Assembly (NCBI GenBank): GCA_028826165.1
Contig: JAPDFW010000147.1
Location: 248,001-312,000 of the forward strand
Length of the DNA stretch: 64,000 nt
Direction: 5' to 3'
From: Anaeramoeba ignava BMAN
Taxonomy: Eukaryota; Protista; Anaeramoebae
Shown here: piece after piece, positions 48,096-61,200 of the stretch
Numbering within the stretch: the first letter of the stretch is position 1
Layout of the letters: each line of letters starts with the position of its first letter
Notes under the pieces: model-generated
Seen by the model: the letters and a program-made list of their open reading frames with translations, nothing else
The model's database searches: none
Told to the model about the DNA's origin: nothing
Translations under genes and position numbers: made by a program

Positions 48096-49786
48096 ATGTT
48101 TCAAGATATTTGGTCATGGGGATCAAATCATGGTTTTACTTTAATGCTTACAGAAAAAGAATCTCAAAACGTAGCAACACCAACACAAGTTACAGATCTT
48201 AACGAAACACCAATCAAACAAATATCATCAGGACACAATTACACAGTTGTTTTAACACAAGAAGGAAATGTAATAGAATATTCTTGCAATGAACGGAAGA
48301 AAAGAACACTTGAATTACAAAATGTGAAAAAATTATCATCAGGTTTTGGATTTTATGCTTGTTTGACTACAAACGGAGAATTGTATTTAAGTAGTCTGTC
48401 AATTATAGGTCGTTCCTCAAGAAAAGGATTTAATTAAAGTTGACCTGCCAGTCAATTCAGACTTTATTGTTGATATTGTTTGTGGTTCTTCCCATCTTAT
48501 ATTATTGACCCAACTGGGAAATGTTTATGGATTTGGTGAAAGTTCAAGCGGTCAAATTTCAGCAAATTCTAGAGTCGAAACTCTTGCATTAATCACTTCA
48601 AATACAAAGAAAATCTTCTCAGGAAATTACTCTTCAGCAAATTTCATTCTCAAAAAAGATAACACTTTATTTGCTTTGGGAAATAATTCATCTGGTCAAC
48701 TTGGAATTGGAAGTGATCAAACTTCTTTCACTTCGCCAGTCCAAGTTGAAAATATTCCCGAAATTGGAAAAGTTAAACATATTGTTGTTGGATATCAACA
48801 TTCAATTATGATTGTTAAAGAAAAAGAACGCCATTATGTGTATTCTTCTGGTACTGGATCATATTCGGGACATGGTGCAAATTTGAAAAGTTTTCGCAAA
48901 ATTTCCCGTTTGGAAAATGAGGATGTGATCCGTGCTGATGCTGGTTGTTTCCATACATTGCTGCTCACCAAAAGCGGAAAATTATTTACATTTGGAATCA
49001 ATCCTTATGGACCACTTGGAACAGGCAATTTCCAGTCGTATTCTACTCCTGTTGAGGTGACTATCAATGATTTGATGTTTCCTTTGGAAGAATACAAAGT
49101 TAGTGCTGGAAGTTTCCATTCTTTCCTTTATTCCACTTATGTTTCTTCGCTTGTTCAAGATCTTCTTCAGTTTTTTGAGCGCCAAGAAGGATGTGATATC
49201 ACTTTTGATACAAATGAAAATCCTATTTCTGCTCATAAATTCGATTGTTCAATTGAGAATTGGTGATGAAAATTTGGATTTGTTTGGAAAATTCATTGAA
49301 ACGCTTTCTTATCAAGAAGCAAATCATGTTTTCAAAGCGATTTATGGATCCAAATTAAAGCTTGTTTTTGAACAAGAAATCCCTTCTTGTCTTAAAAGAA
49401 TTGCAAAGAATAATGATATTCAAGAGGATTTTGAAAAATTATATAATGATGAAAATAGCAAGGATTTTGTTCTCGTTTCAGATGAACATCGAGTCAAAGT
49501 CCATAAGCTTATTCTTTGGATGAGAAGTGAATTATTTAGAGGAATGTTTTTGTCGATTCAAGACAATTCTAATGAATCACCTGAATATTCAGGAATATCT
49601 TTTGAATCTTTTCAAATTCTCATTTATTATTTGTATACTGGAAAAATTAAATTGAATGTGGAAATTACTGATTCTATTATTGAAGATTTAGCGAAAGCAA
49701 TGGATTATTTTCAATTAAATGAACAAGAGCCAAATTTAGTTACCAAAATAGAAAGTTACGAGAAACTACAAAATACAAAGAAATGA
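48096..49786 (+). CDS. RCC1-repeat + tandem BTB protein (divergent paralog D), with +1 frameshifts near 48432 and 49240
   Basis: WSWGSN, SSGHNYTV, GNNSSGQLGIG, AGCFHTL, then CDITF...SAHK and VHKLILWMRSELFRGMF...YYLYTG spread over three ORFs. Confidence 0.85.
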
Positions 49787-49789
49787 TTT

Positions 49790-51480
49790 TATCACATTTA
49801 AAATTTATTCCATTAATTAAATTAAAAAGAATCTATTTAAAAGTTATTAAATTTATTAAATCAATTTTAATTTAAATTTATTCATTAAATTTATTCAATT
49901 TATTTAATTAAAAAGAATCTATTTAAAAGTTATTAAATTTATTAAAGTTATTAAATCAATTTTAATTCAAAATTTTATTATTTATTTAATTAAAAAAGAT
50001 ATTTAAAGTTTAAAATTTTTCAATTTATTTAATTAAAAAGAATCTATTTAAAAGTTATTAAATTTATTCAATTTATTAAATTAAAAAGAATCTATTTAAA
50101 AGTTATAAAATTTATTAAATATATTTAATCAATTTTAATTCAAAATTTTATTATTAAATTTATTCAATTTATTAAATAAATTTTAATTTAAATTTTATTA
50201 TTAAATTTATTCCATTAATTAAATTAAAAAGAATCTATTTAAAAGTTATAAAATTTATTCCATTAATTAAATTAAAAAAGAATTTTAATTTAAAAGTTAT
50301 TAAAATTTATTAAAGATATTAAATCAATTTTAATTTAAAATTTATTCATTAAATTTATTCAATTTATTTAAATTAAAAAGAATCTATTTAAAAGTTATAA
50401 AATTTATTCAATTTATTAAATCAATTTTAATTCAAAATTTTATTATTAAATTTATTAAATCAATTTTTAATTTAAATTTTATTCATTAAATTTATTAAAT
50501 TTAATTAAATTAAAAAGAATCTATTTAAAAGTTATAAAATTTATTAAATTTATTAAATCAATTTTAATTCAAAATTTTATTATTAAATTTATTAAATTTA
50601 TTAAATCAATTTTAATTTAAATTTTATTCATTAAATTTATTAAATTTATTCAATTTATTAAATCAATTTTAATTTAAATTTTATTATTAAATTTATTAAA
50701 TTAATTTAATTAATTTTAATTTAAATTTATTATTAAATTTATTCAATTTATTAAATTAAAAAGAATCTATTTAAAAGTTATAAAATTTATTAAAGTTATT
50801 AAATCAATTTTAATTCAAAATTTTATTATTAATTTATTCAATTTAATTAATTAAAATTAATTTAATTTAAAAGTTATAAAATTTATTAAATTAAATTAAA
50901 TCAAGTTTTAAAATTTAAAATTTTTATAAAAATTTATTAAATTTATTAAATTTATTAAATTTATTAAATTAATTTTAATTTAAATTTATTCATTAAATTT
51001 ATTCAATTTATTTAATTAAAAAGAATCTATTTAAAAGTTATTAAATTTATTCAATTTATTAAATCAATTTTAATTTAAATTTTTATTCATTAAATTTATT
51101 TAATTAAATCATTATTAAATTTTTATTTAATTAAAAAAATCTATTTAAAAAGTTATTAAATTTATTCAATTTATTAAATTAATTTTAATTCAAATTTTAT
51201 TATAAAATTTATTAAAGATATTAAATTAATTTTAATTTAAATTTTATTATTAAATTTATTCAATTTATTTAATTAAAAAGAATCTATTTAAAAGTTATTA
51301 AATTTATTCAATTTATTAAATCAATTTTAATTTAAAATTTTATTATTAAATGTATTCAATTTATTAAATCAATTTTAATTTAAATTTATTCATTAAATTT
51401 ATTAAATTAATTAAATTAAAAAGAATCTATTTAAAAGTTATAAAAGTTATTAAAGTTATTAAATCAATTTTAATTCAAAA
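49790..51480. repeat. Modular AT-rich satellite with anchor aaaagaatctatttaaaagtta and variable numbers of 10-13-bp submodules
   Basis: The anchor recurs about 11 times intact plus degenerate copies, at irregular spacing (e.g. about 49825, 49911, 50036, 50084, 50227, 50376, 50513, 50759, 51018, 51276, 51419). Confidence 0.88.
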
Positions 51481-51630
51481 TTTTTTTTCCGTTTTTTGTT
51501 TTTGTTTTTTATTTTTTTTTAATTAAAAAAGGAGAAAAAAAAAATAATTTTTCGCTTTTTTTAATTTTTTTTTAATTTTTTTAATTTATTTTTTCCATTT
51601 TTTTTTTGTTTTATTAAATAAATTCTTAAT

Positions 51631-52878
51631 ATGAGCGAATTGGAAATTGAATCTTCAGATGATCTTAAAACAGAAGATGTAAAACAGTTACCTGAACATT
51701 TCCCAAGATTACAAAGTTATATTGACCTAGATGATTATGAAGAACTTAAATACCCAAAATTAGCATTTGATTTTAAAATCGACAACACTTCAATTGACAA
51801 CATTTCGTTAGATACTTTTATTGCTGGTGTTTCATTTAATTTGTGGGAAGAACTTGAATCCAAATTCCAAGATTTTGAAGTTCCTTATAGATTGAAAAAG
51901 GAACTTAAAGAAGAAAAAATAACGCCTCAAGTAGAAATGCCGGAAGAGGAAGAAATTAAACAAGAATCCCCTTTGCATTTATACACCATTTTTGACATTA
52001 ACAACATCAAAAAAAAACACCAATTCAAACATCTTGAAAAAGCACAATCTATTTTTGCTCAGAAAAGACACAATTTCCAGGCAATAAACATAAACCCAAT
52101 CACAAAAAGAAAAGTCGACATGTACTTGAAACTCCGGCAGAAAAATTTCAAAATAAACTCCTTAAAACACGGGACATTCACAAGACCCAAATGGGACGAC
52201 GTTGAAATATTGACACATGATGACCATCCAGAGCAAATACGTGTCAATGTCCGCAGCAAAAAAAACAGCTCCAATTCAGAGTATTTTTTCGCTGACAGTG
52301 AAGCAAAAGAGATTTTTATTGAGACAGTTATTCTTTTTATGGAAGCTTATGTCGGTGAAATCAAACAAGAAAGCAAAAAAAACGTCACTTCCAAATTAAG
52401 CAACACAGGCTTTTACGTCGCGCCAAATAAGACAATGGACCCCTCAACAACCAAGGAAATTGTTGACACTTTCACAGCGAAAAAAAAAGTGTCATTTAAC
52501 GTCTCAATTATGATGCGTCAGTTGGTTCCGGATTGCACTCTTAAATTCTCCTCCAAATGGATTAAGATAAGAATCAAAAAGCGCGGAAGTACTACTTTTT
52601 CATACAGTGATATTGAGCTTCTTGAATCTAACGCCAAAAAGACTCTTTTGCTGTTCAAATCAAATTCCGGCCAAATGGCAGTTGCTTCCCAAAATGAAAA
52701 TCAGAAAAAATTGATTGTTCAAACTTTTCTTGCTTTCCGTGGTCTTTGGTTCAAAAATGACCACACTTCAAAACTCCAGAAATTGTTCACAGTCAAAACT
52801 AATTTCGAACCTGAATATGAATCCACTTTGGGTGATTCTCTTGGAGAAATGGGTCTTGATAAGAATTTTGATTTTTAA
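51631..52878 (+). CDS. Hypothetical protein, possibly with two PH-like folds
   Basis: Intact 415 aa ORF with relatively high GC. Two beta-rich segments each end in an amphipathic helix (EAKEIFIETVILF; NQKKLIVQTFLAFR). The domain call is tentative. Confidence 0.7.
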   Translation: MSELEIESSDDLKTEDVKQLPEHFPRLQSYIDLDDYEELKYPKLAFDFKIDNTSIDNISLDTFIAGVSFNLWEELESKFQDFEVPYRLKKELKEEKITPQVEMPEEEEIKQESPLHLYTIFDINNIKKKHQFKHLEKAQSIFAQKRHNFQAININPITKRKVDMYLKLRQKNFKINSLKHGTFTRPKWDDVEILTHDDHPEQIRVNVRSKKNSSNSEYFFADSEAKEIFIETVILFMEAYVGEIKQESKKNVTSKLSNTGFYVAPNKTMDPSTTKEIVDTFTAKKKVSFNVSIMMRQLVPDCTLKFSSKWIKIRIKKRGSTTFSYSDIELLESNAKKTLLLFKSNSGQMAVASQNENQKKLIVQTFLAFRGLWFKNDHTSKLQKLFTVKTNFEPEYESTLGDSLGEMGLDKNFDF

Positions 52879-53240
52879 TTTTGAATTTTTAATTAATTTT
52901 GAATTCCAATTTTTCTTTTTTTTTTTTCTCTTTTTCGAAATTTTCTTCTCAATTTTTTTTTTGGATCTTTTTTGTTATTTGAAAACAAATTCAAAACAAA
53001 TTCAAAACAAATTCAAGTCTTTAATTTCAATAAAATAATTTAAGAGATCAAATAAGGAAAAAGAAAACAGTTTTAATTTTTTATTTTTTAATTAAATTTA
53101 ATTAAAAAAATCACAATAAACAAACTCACTTTTAAATTAAATTTAAATTAATTAAAAAAAATTTTTTTTTTTCTTCTTTTTTTTCATTTTTCATTTTTTT
53201 CTTTTTAAATTTTTTTAATTTTTTTTTTTACAATTTAAAA

Positions 53241-54963
53241 ATGTCAGAAAAGTGTGCTGTTTGTGGAAAAACAGTTTATTTGATGGAAAGACTTAATGTT
53301 GATGGAACTACTTTTCATAAGAAATGTTTTAAGTAAAAAAAATAAATAAACAAAAATAATTTTAAATTTAAATTTAAATTTAATTTGATCATTCAAAAAA
53401 AAAATATTTTAATAAAAATAATAAATAAATAATAACAGATGCAAACATTGTGGAAAGAGATTAACAGCATCAGATTATCGAGCGATCAATCAACAATATT
53501 ATTGTGGAGCACATTTTAAACAAATTTTCCTCTCAACAGGTAAAATTAAACTAAACAATAAAAAAAAATTTTTTACTTTAAATATTAAATAATAAATATA
53601 AATATTAAATCATTAAATATCAAATATTAAATTATTAATTAAATCATTAAAATATTAAATATTAAATTATTAATTAAATCATTAAAATATTAAATATTAA
53701 ATTATTAATTAAATCATTAAAATATTAAATATTAAATATTAAATATTAAATATAAATAATTAAATAATTAAATAATTAAATATTAAATATTATATTATTA
53801 AATATATAAATAATTAATTATTAAATATTAAATAATAAATATAAAAATATTAAATTATTAAATATATAAATATTAAATTATAAATATTAAATTATTAAAT
53901 ATTAAATTATTAAATATAAAATATTAAATATAAAATATTAAATATAAAATATTAAATTATTAAATATTAAATTATAAAATATTAAAATATAAAATATTAA
54001 ATATTATATTAAACATTAAATATTAAAATATTAAATTATAAATATTAAATATTAATTATTAAAATATTAAATTAAATAATAAAATAAAATAAAAAATATT
54101 AAAAATAAAAAATATTATATTAAAATCATAAATCATTAAATATTAAATATTAAAATAAATTAAATATTAATAAATATAAAATTAAATATTAAAATTATTA
54201 AATATAAATATTATATTATTAATTATTAAAATATTAAATATTAAATATAAATATTAAAATTATTAAATATTAATTATTAAATATTAAAATTATTAAATAT
54301 TAAATATTAAATTATTAATTATTAAATATTAAATATAAAATATTAAATATAAAATATTAAATATTAAATCATTAAATAAAAAATTAAATATTAAAAATAA
54401 AAATTAAATAAAAATATTAAATATTAAAATATTAAATATTAAAAATAAAAATAAATAATTAAAATAAATATTAAAATATTAAAAATATTAAATATTAAAA
54501 ATATAAAAATATTAAATATTAAATATTAAAATATTAAATATTAAATATTAATATATTAATTATTAAATATTAAATCATTAAATATTAAATATTAAATATT
54601 AAATATTAAATATAAATTAAATATAAAATATTAAATAATAAATATTAAATATTAAATTATTAAATATAAATATTAAATATTAATTATAAATTATTAAATA
54701 TATATTTAGGACATTATGATGCCTTTAAAAATGAAACAGCAAATTTATCAACACCTAGAAGTAATAAACCATTAACAAGACCAGAAGTTAAAGAAGAAGT
54801 TAAGGAAGAAGTTAAGGAAGAAATTTTAGAAGAACCACAAGATGAAATTCAAGATGAAATTCAAGATGAAATGCAAGATGAAGTTCAAGATGAAGTTCAA
54901 GATGAAGTTCAAGATGAAATTCAAGATGAAGATCAAAATGAAGATCAAGATTACGATTATTAA
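53241..54963 (+). CDS. Single LIM-domain protein with an acidic repeat tail (absent from the ORF track); exons 53241-53332, 53439-53539, 54710-54963
   Basis: CAVCGKTVYLMERL...FHKKCFK/CKHC...YYCGAHFKQIF...G/HYD is a LIM zinc finger of the LIMD2/EPLIN type. Tail of KEEV and QDEV repeats. Confidence 0.92.
53560..54700. repeat. Intronic degenerate (attaaat)n repeat
   Basis: Directly visible in the second LIM intron. Confidence 0.85.
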
Positions 54964-55244
54964 AATTCTATTAACTTTTTCACTTTTTTCACTTTTTTCT
55001 TTTTTCGATCTTTTTTGATCTTTTGTTCCTTCTTTCTTTACTACTTTTCTTTTTCTTTTTCTTCTTCTTCTTCTAATTTTTTTTTTTTGGATTTCAATAA
55101 ATCCATTTGAGAACCTTTTCAATTAATAACTAAAACAAATTTAATTTAATTTAATTTAATTTTGTTAAATAAAAAGGAACAATATAAAAAAAATCAGAAA
55201 AATAATTTTTCATTTTTTTTTTTCATTTTTTTTTAAAAATTAAT

Positions 55245-58034
55245 ATGAAATCATTATCAACAACAGATATTAGATTATTATGTTCAGGACAAATCATAAC
55301 CGATATATCATCAGTTATCAAAGAACTAACAGAAAACTCAATGGATGCAAAATCAACAAATATTTCAATAGCATTACAAAGTGACGGATTAAAACAAATC
55401 ACAGTTACAGATAACGGAACAGGAATTCCACTAAATGATCGAGATTTAATCTGCAAAAGATATCACACATCAAAAATACAAGGCGTGACTCAACTTTCCA
55501 CACTCAGAAGCTTTGGATTTCGTGGAGAAGCACTTAACAGCATTTGTTCCGTTGCCGGAAAAGTCACAATTATAACTCAAACTTTGGATGAGCCAATTGG
55601 GGAAAAAATCGAATTTCGTCCAAATGGTGAAATTCTTTCCCGTTCTCATCTTTCTGTTGGAATAGGCACTTCCGTTATTGTTGAAAATCTCTTCGTAAAT
55701 TTTCCTGTCAGAAAAAAATTTCAAGAGTCAAAACTCAAAAAAGAATCTAAAGAAATCCAAAAAATGATCACTTCCTATGGCGTTGCTAATCCAGAAATCC
55801 GTTTTGTTTTCAGAAGTGACCCAAGCGTTACAATTCTTAAACAAATCGCAAAAAGTTTCGAAGACAATCTTGTTGCTATTTTTGGAACAACTTTATTTTC
55901 TCAACTTTTTAAAATACACTATGTTTTCAAAGAAATACAAGCCGAAATATTGTGTTTTATTCCTCAAAATACAAGCGATTTGAAAATTTTAACAAAATCT
56001 CGTGCTGATAATCAATTCTATTTTGTCAACAAAAGACCAATTCAAGGAAGTTTTTTTGCAAAGATTATTAATAAGAAATTTCGCAATTTCTCTTCTTCTC
56101 GAAGTTTTCCTTTTGTTGTTTTTATGTTAACTATTGATCCTTCAGAATATGATGTGAATTTAAATCCCAAAAAGGATAATGTTTTATTTCATAATAAGGA
56201 AATATTGAGTGAATGGTTAGAAAAAACTTTTAGTGAATATTATATTCCCAAACAAAAAGATTCTTCAAAAAATGAAAATATATCAAATAACGAAAACAAT
56301 TCAAATAACGAAAACAATTCAAATAATCAAAGCAATTCAAAAACATTTGTTAATCAAGATTTAATTCCCTTAAGTTCTCAAAAATCAAATTCTTCTGAAT
56401 TAAAAAATCCAAATGATGATTCTGGTTTTAAGAATGTTTTTAGAAATGCCGTTTTAGATTTTCAAAAGCAAAATAATCAAACATATTCAAATCAAACTCC
56501 AAATAAAAATTATTCAAATCAAACTCAAACAAATCAAACTCCAAATCAAACTTATTCAAATATAAATCAAACAAATCAAACTCCAAACAAAAATTATTCA
56601 AATCAAAATCAAACTTATTCAAATACAAACCAAACTCCAAATCAAACTCCAAATCAAACTCCAAATCAAACTCCAAATAAAAATCATTCAAATCAAAATC
56701 AAACTTATTCAAATCAAACTCCAAATCAAACTCCAAACAAAAATTATTCAAATCAAACTCCAAACAAAAATTATTCAAATCAAAATCAAACAAATCAATC
56801 TCCAAATAAAAATTATTCAAATCAAAATCAAACAAATCAATCTCCAAATAAAAATTATTCAAATCAAAACCAAAATCAAACTCCAAATAAAAATTATTCA
56901 AATCAAACAAATCAAAATCAATCTCCAAATAAAAATTATTCAAATCAAAACCAAAATCAAACAAATCAATCTCCAAATAAAAATTATTCAAATCAAAATC
57001 AAACAAATCAATCTCCAAATAAAAATTATTCAAATCAAAATCAAACAAATCAATCTCCAAATAAAAATTATTCAAATCAAAATCAAACATATCAAAATCA
57101 AAATAAAAATTATTCAAATACAAATCAAAATTATTCAAATCAAAACCAAAATTATCAATCTCCAAATAAAAATTATTCAAATCAAAAACAAACATATCAA
57201 ACTCCAAATAAAAATTATTCAAATCAAAATCAAAATCAAAATCAAACAAATCAAAATCAAAATCAAAATCAAAATTCAATTCTAAAAAAAGATGAAAAAC
57301 CAATTCAATTTCCAATTCAATTTCCAATTACAATTCCAAAAAAAGAAGAAGAAAATCAAAATCAAAATCAAAATCCAAAAAAAGAAGAAGAAAATCAAAA
57401 TCAAATTCCAAAGAAAGAAGAAGATAAGAAAAAAGATAATAAGAAAAAAGATAAAAAAGAAGATAATAAAAAAGATAATAAAAAAGATAATAAAAAAGAT
57501 AATAAAAAAGATAAGAAAGAAGATCAAAAAAAAGATAATAAAAAAGATAAGAAAAAAAGACAAAAAGAAGACAACTTACAAATCGAAGAAATTCGAAACA
57601 CACTTCACGAAAAAATTCAATTATATCAAGATGATATTGTAGTAAAAATAAGTGTTGAAGAAATCAAAAGCAAAATGGAACCATCCCTTTCACAAATGCA
57701 AGAACAAAACACACAAACACAAGAATTATCAAACAAAAGCTTACTCAATATTGACTCACTAACATCAGAACAAATCAAAGATGCAGAAATTTTGGGAAAA
57801 GAAGAAATTTTTGGATTGTTTATTCTTAAATTTGGATCTCAACTTGCTTTAATGAATCACCAAAGAGCTCTTTCTATTCTTTTTCCTGAACAAAATCCAA
57901 AAAAAGAATTCATTTCAATCCAAAAATGTAAATCAACTTTATCTCAAATTGCTGATATTTGGCCTCTTTCTGAATCTCAAAAAAAAATTCCTTTTCTTGA
58001 ATTTTTCTTTTCATTCAGTTTCGAAAAAATTTAA
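55245..58034 (+). CDS. MutL-family protein resembling vertebrate PMS1/yeast Mlh2
   Basis: GHKL motifs KELTENSMDA, DNGTGI, HTSK and GFRGEAL, plus DVNLNPKK. Starts directly with MKSL...RLL like vertebrate PMS1. Long N/Q/K linker; no DQHA(X)2E(X)4E motif. Confidence 0.88.
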   Translation: MKSLSTTDIRLLCSGQIITDISSVIKELTENSMDAKSTNISIALQSDGLKQITVTDNGTGIPLNDRDLICKRYHTSKIQGVTQLSTLRSFGFRGEALNSICSVAGKVTIITQTLDEPIGEKIEFRPNGEILSRSHLSVGIGTSVIVENLFVNFPVRKKFQESKLKKESKEIQKMITSYGVANPEIRFVFRSDPSVTILKQIAKSFEDNLVAIFGTTLFSQLFKIHYVFKEIQAEILCFIPQNTSDLKILTKSRADNQFYFVNKRPIQGSFFAKIINKKFRNFSSSRSFPFVVFMLTIDPSEYDVNLNPKKDNVLFHNKEILSEWLEKTFSEYYIPKQKDSSKNENISNNENNSNNENNSNNQSNSKTFVNQDLIPLSSQKSNSSELKNPNDDSGFKNVFRNAVLDFQKQNNQTYSNQTPNKNYSNQTQTNQTPNQTYSNINQTNQTPNKNYSNQNQTYSNTNQTPNQTPNQTPNQTPNKNHSNQNQTYSNQTPNQTPNKNYSNQTPNKNYSNQNQTNQSPNKNYSNQNQTNQSPNKNYSNQNQNQTPNKNYSNQTNQNQSPNKNYSNQNQNQTNQSPNKNYSNQNQTNQSPNKNYSNQNQTNQSPNKNYSNQNQTYQNQNKNYSNTNQNYSNQNQNYQSPNKNYSNQKQTYQTPNKNYSNQNQNQNQTNQNQNQNQNSILKKDEKPIQFPIQFPITIPKKEEENQNQNQNPKKEEENQNQIPKKEEDKKKDNKKKDKKEDNKKDNKKDNKKDNKKDKKEDQKKDNKKDKKKRQKEDNLQIEEIRNTLHEKIQLYQDDIVVKISVEEIKSKMEPSLSQMQEQNTQTQELSNKSLLNIDSLTSEQIKDAEILGKEEIFGLFILKFGSQLALMNHQRALSILFPEQNPKKEFISIQKCKSTLSQIADIWPLSESQKKIPFLEFFFSFSFEKI

Positions 58035-58206
58035 TAAAAGAAATGATATTTTTGTATTTAAAAGTTTTTTTTTTCTTTTTTGAAGTTTTAATTTTGTTCG
58101 TTTATATTTTTTGATGAATTGCTATCAAAAATTAAATTAAAAAATAAAACAAAATTTTCACATCAAAATATTAAATTAAATTTGAATTTGAATTAAAATT
58201 TAAAAT

Positions 58207-61200
58207 TTAATTCTTTTTCTTATTCTCTTTTTCATTGAAAATTTCCATTTCATTAATAAACTTTTTAATTGGAATTCTTTTTTTTGGTTCAAAATTCAAA
58301 CATTGATAAACAGAATCACGAATATCATCAGGTAAATTCAATTTAACACTTTCAAAAAAAGAATCAATAATTTGAACTAAATTTGAAGAATTTACTGGAT
58401 CAATCATTTGAAGAAGAAAACGCGAAATCAAAGAATCATCAGAAGAAAAAAGAAAACAGGACAAAAGACCCAAGCAAAAAATATCAGACAAAGTGTGATC
58501 AAAATCCAAAGAAGAAACATTATTGTTTTGAGAAGTGCATTCTTCAGGTGAAAGAAAAACAGAATAAAGAGGTGGATTTTGATTTAAAGCACGAATTTTT
58601 AAAGAAGGCGAAAAAAAACCGCCATAATTTGCAATTTTGAGTCGATTTGTTTCGGTGTTGTAAAAAATAAAGGAAGGTGATAAATTTCCGTGATATAATT
58701 TTTCTTGATGAAGTGACTCTAAAGTTTTTGCGACTAAAATGAGAATTCTTGGTTTTTTGCTATTTTCCAAAACTCGACGAGATATTATATTTAACAAATT
58801 GAAAAAATCTAAGTTTGTTGAGAAACATTTTTCATAAACAATTGAATAGCGTGAAATTTCGGAAAAAAAACATAATCCTTCAATTTGAAGCAATAAATCC
58901 TTTTGTTTAAAACCAAGATATTTTTCAATATTATTCCGAAATTTCGCGAATTCTTGAGCTTCTATTCCCTGTTTTATTTGAGGGAAAATATAAACCTGAA
59001 CCTGTTGATTTTTGTGGAGAATTCCATCCTGAAAAACATTGCTATTTTTTTCAAAATGAATATCAACTTCATTTTGTCCAATTTCCCAATCGATTTTGCG
59101 AAGAGATTGGAATTCTTCAAAATCAAATTTCTTGCTTATTTTGAGTATATAATCAGCAGAAAAGGAAGCAAGATGTGATTTCAAAGAAAAATATTTAATC
59201 AATGCTCCATTTCTAATAAGAATTTGCATAATTTCATAATTTTTTAAATAAACAGCCAATTGCAAAGAAGTGATTCCTGTTTTATCAGCATAAATTGGGT
59301 CTGCTCCTATTGAAAGGAGATAGGATACAATTTCACTTGAATTTGCTGATACAGCCTGAAGAAGAACAGGATATCCTTGGTTGTTTTTTCTCTTGAGAAT
59401 ATTTTCCTTTGTTTCTCCTCTGCATTCAAGTTCTTTAAATAATATTTTCAATCCTTCCAAATCTTTTTTTTCTATTGATATGCTTATTGGATCAAATTTT
59501 GCTTCTTTTTCTGTCTTGATTTTGCCCCCGTATTTTAAAATTATTTTCATTATTTCGTGTTTGGAATTTGCTGTTGCAATGCAGAGTGGTTGTTCGTTTT
59601 CGAAATTGCAATCTGCGTTATTTTTGAGAAGAATTTCACATATATGTGTTTTTCCAAGTATTAGTGCAATTACTAAAGGGCTTAGTGTTTGGATTTGATC
59701 TTTGTTTGGTTCTAATTTCCAGTTTTCTGGTTTTAAAGATGCTTTATAATATTTAAATTAAATTAAATTAAATTAAATTTAATACATTTTAATTTTAATT
59801 TTAATTTTAATTTTAATTTTAATCTATTTCTAATTTAAATCTATTTCTAATTTAAATATATTTCTAATTTAAATATATTTCTAATTTAAATATATTTCTA
59901 ATTTAAATCTATTTATAATTTAAATCAATTTATAATTTAAATCTATTTCTAATTAAAATATATTTCTAATTTAAATCAATTTATAATTTAAATCTATTTC
60001 TAATTTAAATATATTTCTAATTTAAATCTATTTCTAATTTAAATCTATTTCTAATTAAAATATATTTCTAATTTAAATCTAATTAAATCTAATTAAATTC
60101 TAATTAATTTCTAATCAATTTCTAATCTAATTTCATTTTAAAATTTAAATTCTAAATCCTAAATCCTAAATCCTAAATCTTAAATCCTACCTTGAGAAAG
60201 TGGAGAAACTGTATAAATCTTAGTATTAATAAACTTGCAAGAAACTTCATCTTCAAGAAGTAAATTAAGAACATCAACATCACCAACAATAACAGCAATT
60301 GCAATACAAAAAGGATCACTAGCTTTATGACTTAAAAGAAGTTTAATAAGCTGAATATTACGATTAAAAATAGAAAAAGCAAGACAAGAAAACCCATGAT
60401 TATCAAGATTAACAGGATGATTTCTTGACAAGAAAAATTCGACTAAATCAATATAATTATTCCTGCAGGAAATATTTATTAAAGTAGGATTTCCTGAACT
60501 ATTTTTTAACGGAATATTTTTGGATTCCAATATTTCAATTCCTCGACGCCAATATTGAAGAGTAAACACTTCAGCAACATTAAAAGAAGAATCGAACATA
60601 ACGCGTTCAAAAAAAAGAGGGAGATCCTTAATCCAATCAAGCAAAGTAACAAGTGCATTTTCATTCCGAAAAATCGCGATATCAAAAATAACGTCTTCAG
60701 AATTTTTCAAGTCGAGCAAATGGGGAAGAACATCCAGACGTGAATACTTGATGCTAATACTGAGCGGAGACAGACCTTGATTGTTAAATTGGGACAATAA
60801 AAGATTGTTTGTGTTTGCCAGTTCAAGTATAATATTTTTTTTCATTCCCGATTTAATTGCAAGATGAAGAGAATTGTCCCCATTTCCGTTATGTACCGGC
60901 GAAACCATCAGTATTTTGACATGATTTGGAAGATTTGCCTGCATGATCATGTCGACAATTTCTGCCGAATCTTCGTCATTTTCACTCAATCCAAGTTGCA
61001 ATGCTCCAAGTCCATTTTTGTTCTTCATAAGCATCAATTTATATATGAATTCTGCACGGAATTTTTCACTTCGATTGTCTAAATATAAAAGTGTTGATCC
61101 AACAATTCGTTTTGCTTTTTTTTTCACCGAGAAATGAAGAAAAGTCTCTTCATCCTCCCCAAATGTTTGGAAATAATCCGAAATGAAATTCGATGTCAGA

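Noticed and set aside
56440-57642. Antisense and alternate-frame ORFs over the MutL linker (295, 93, 116 and 91 aa)
   Set aside because: Shadow frames of low-complexity coding repeats.
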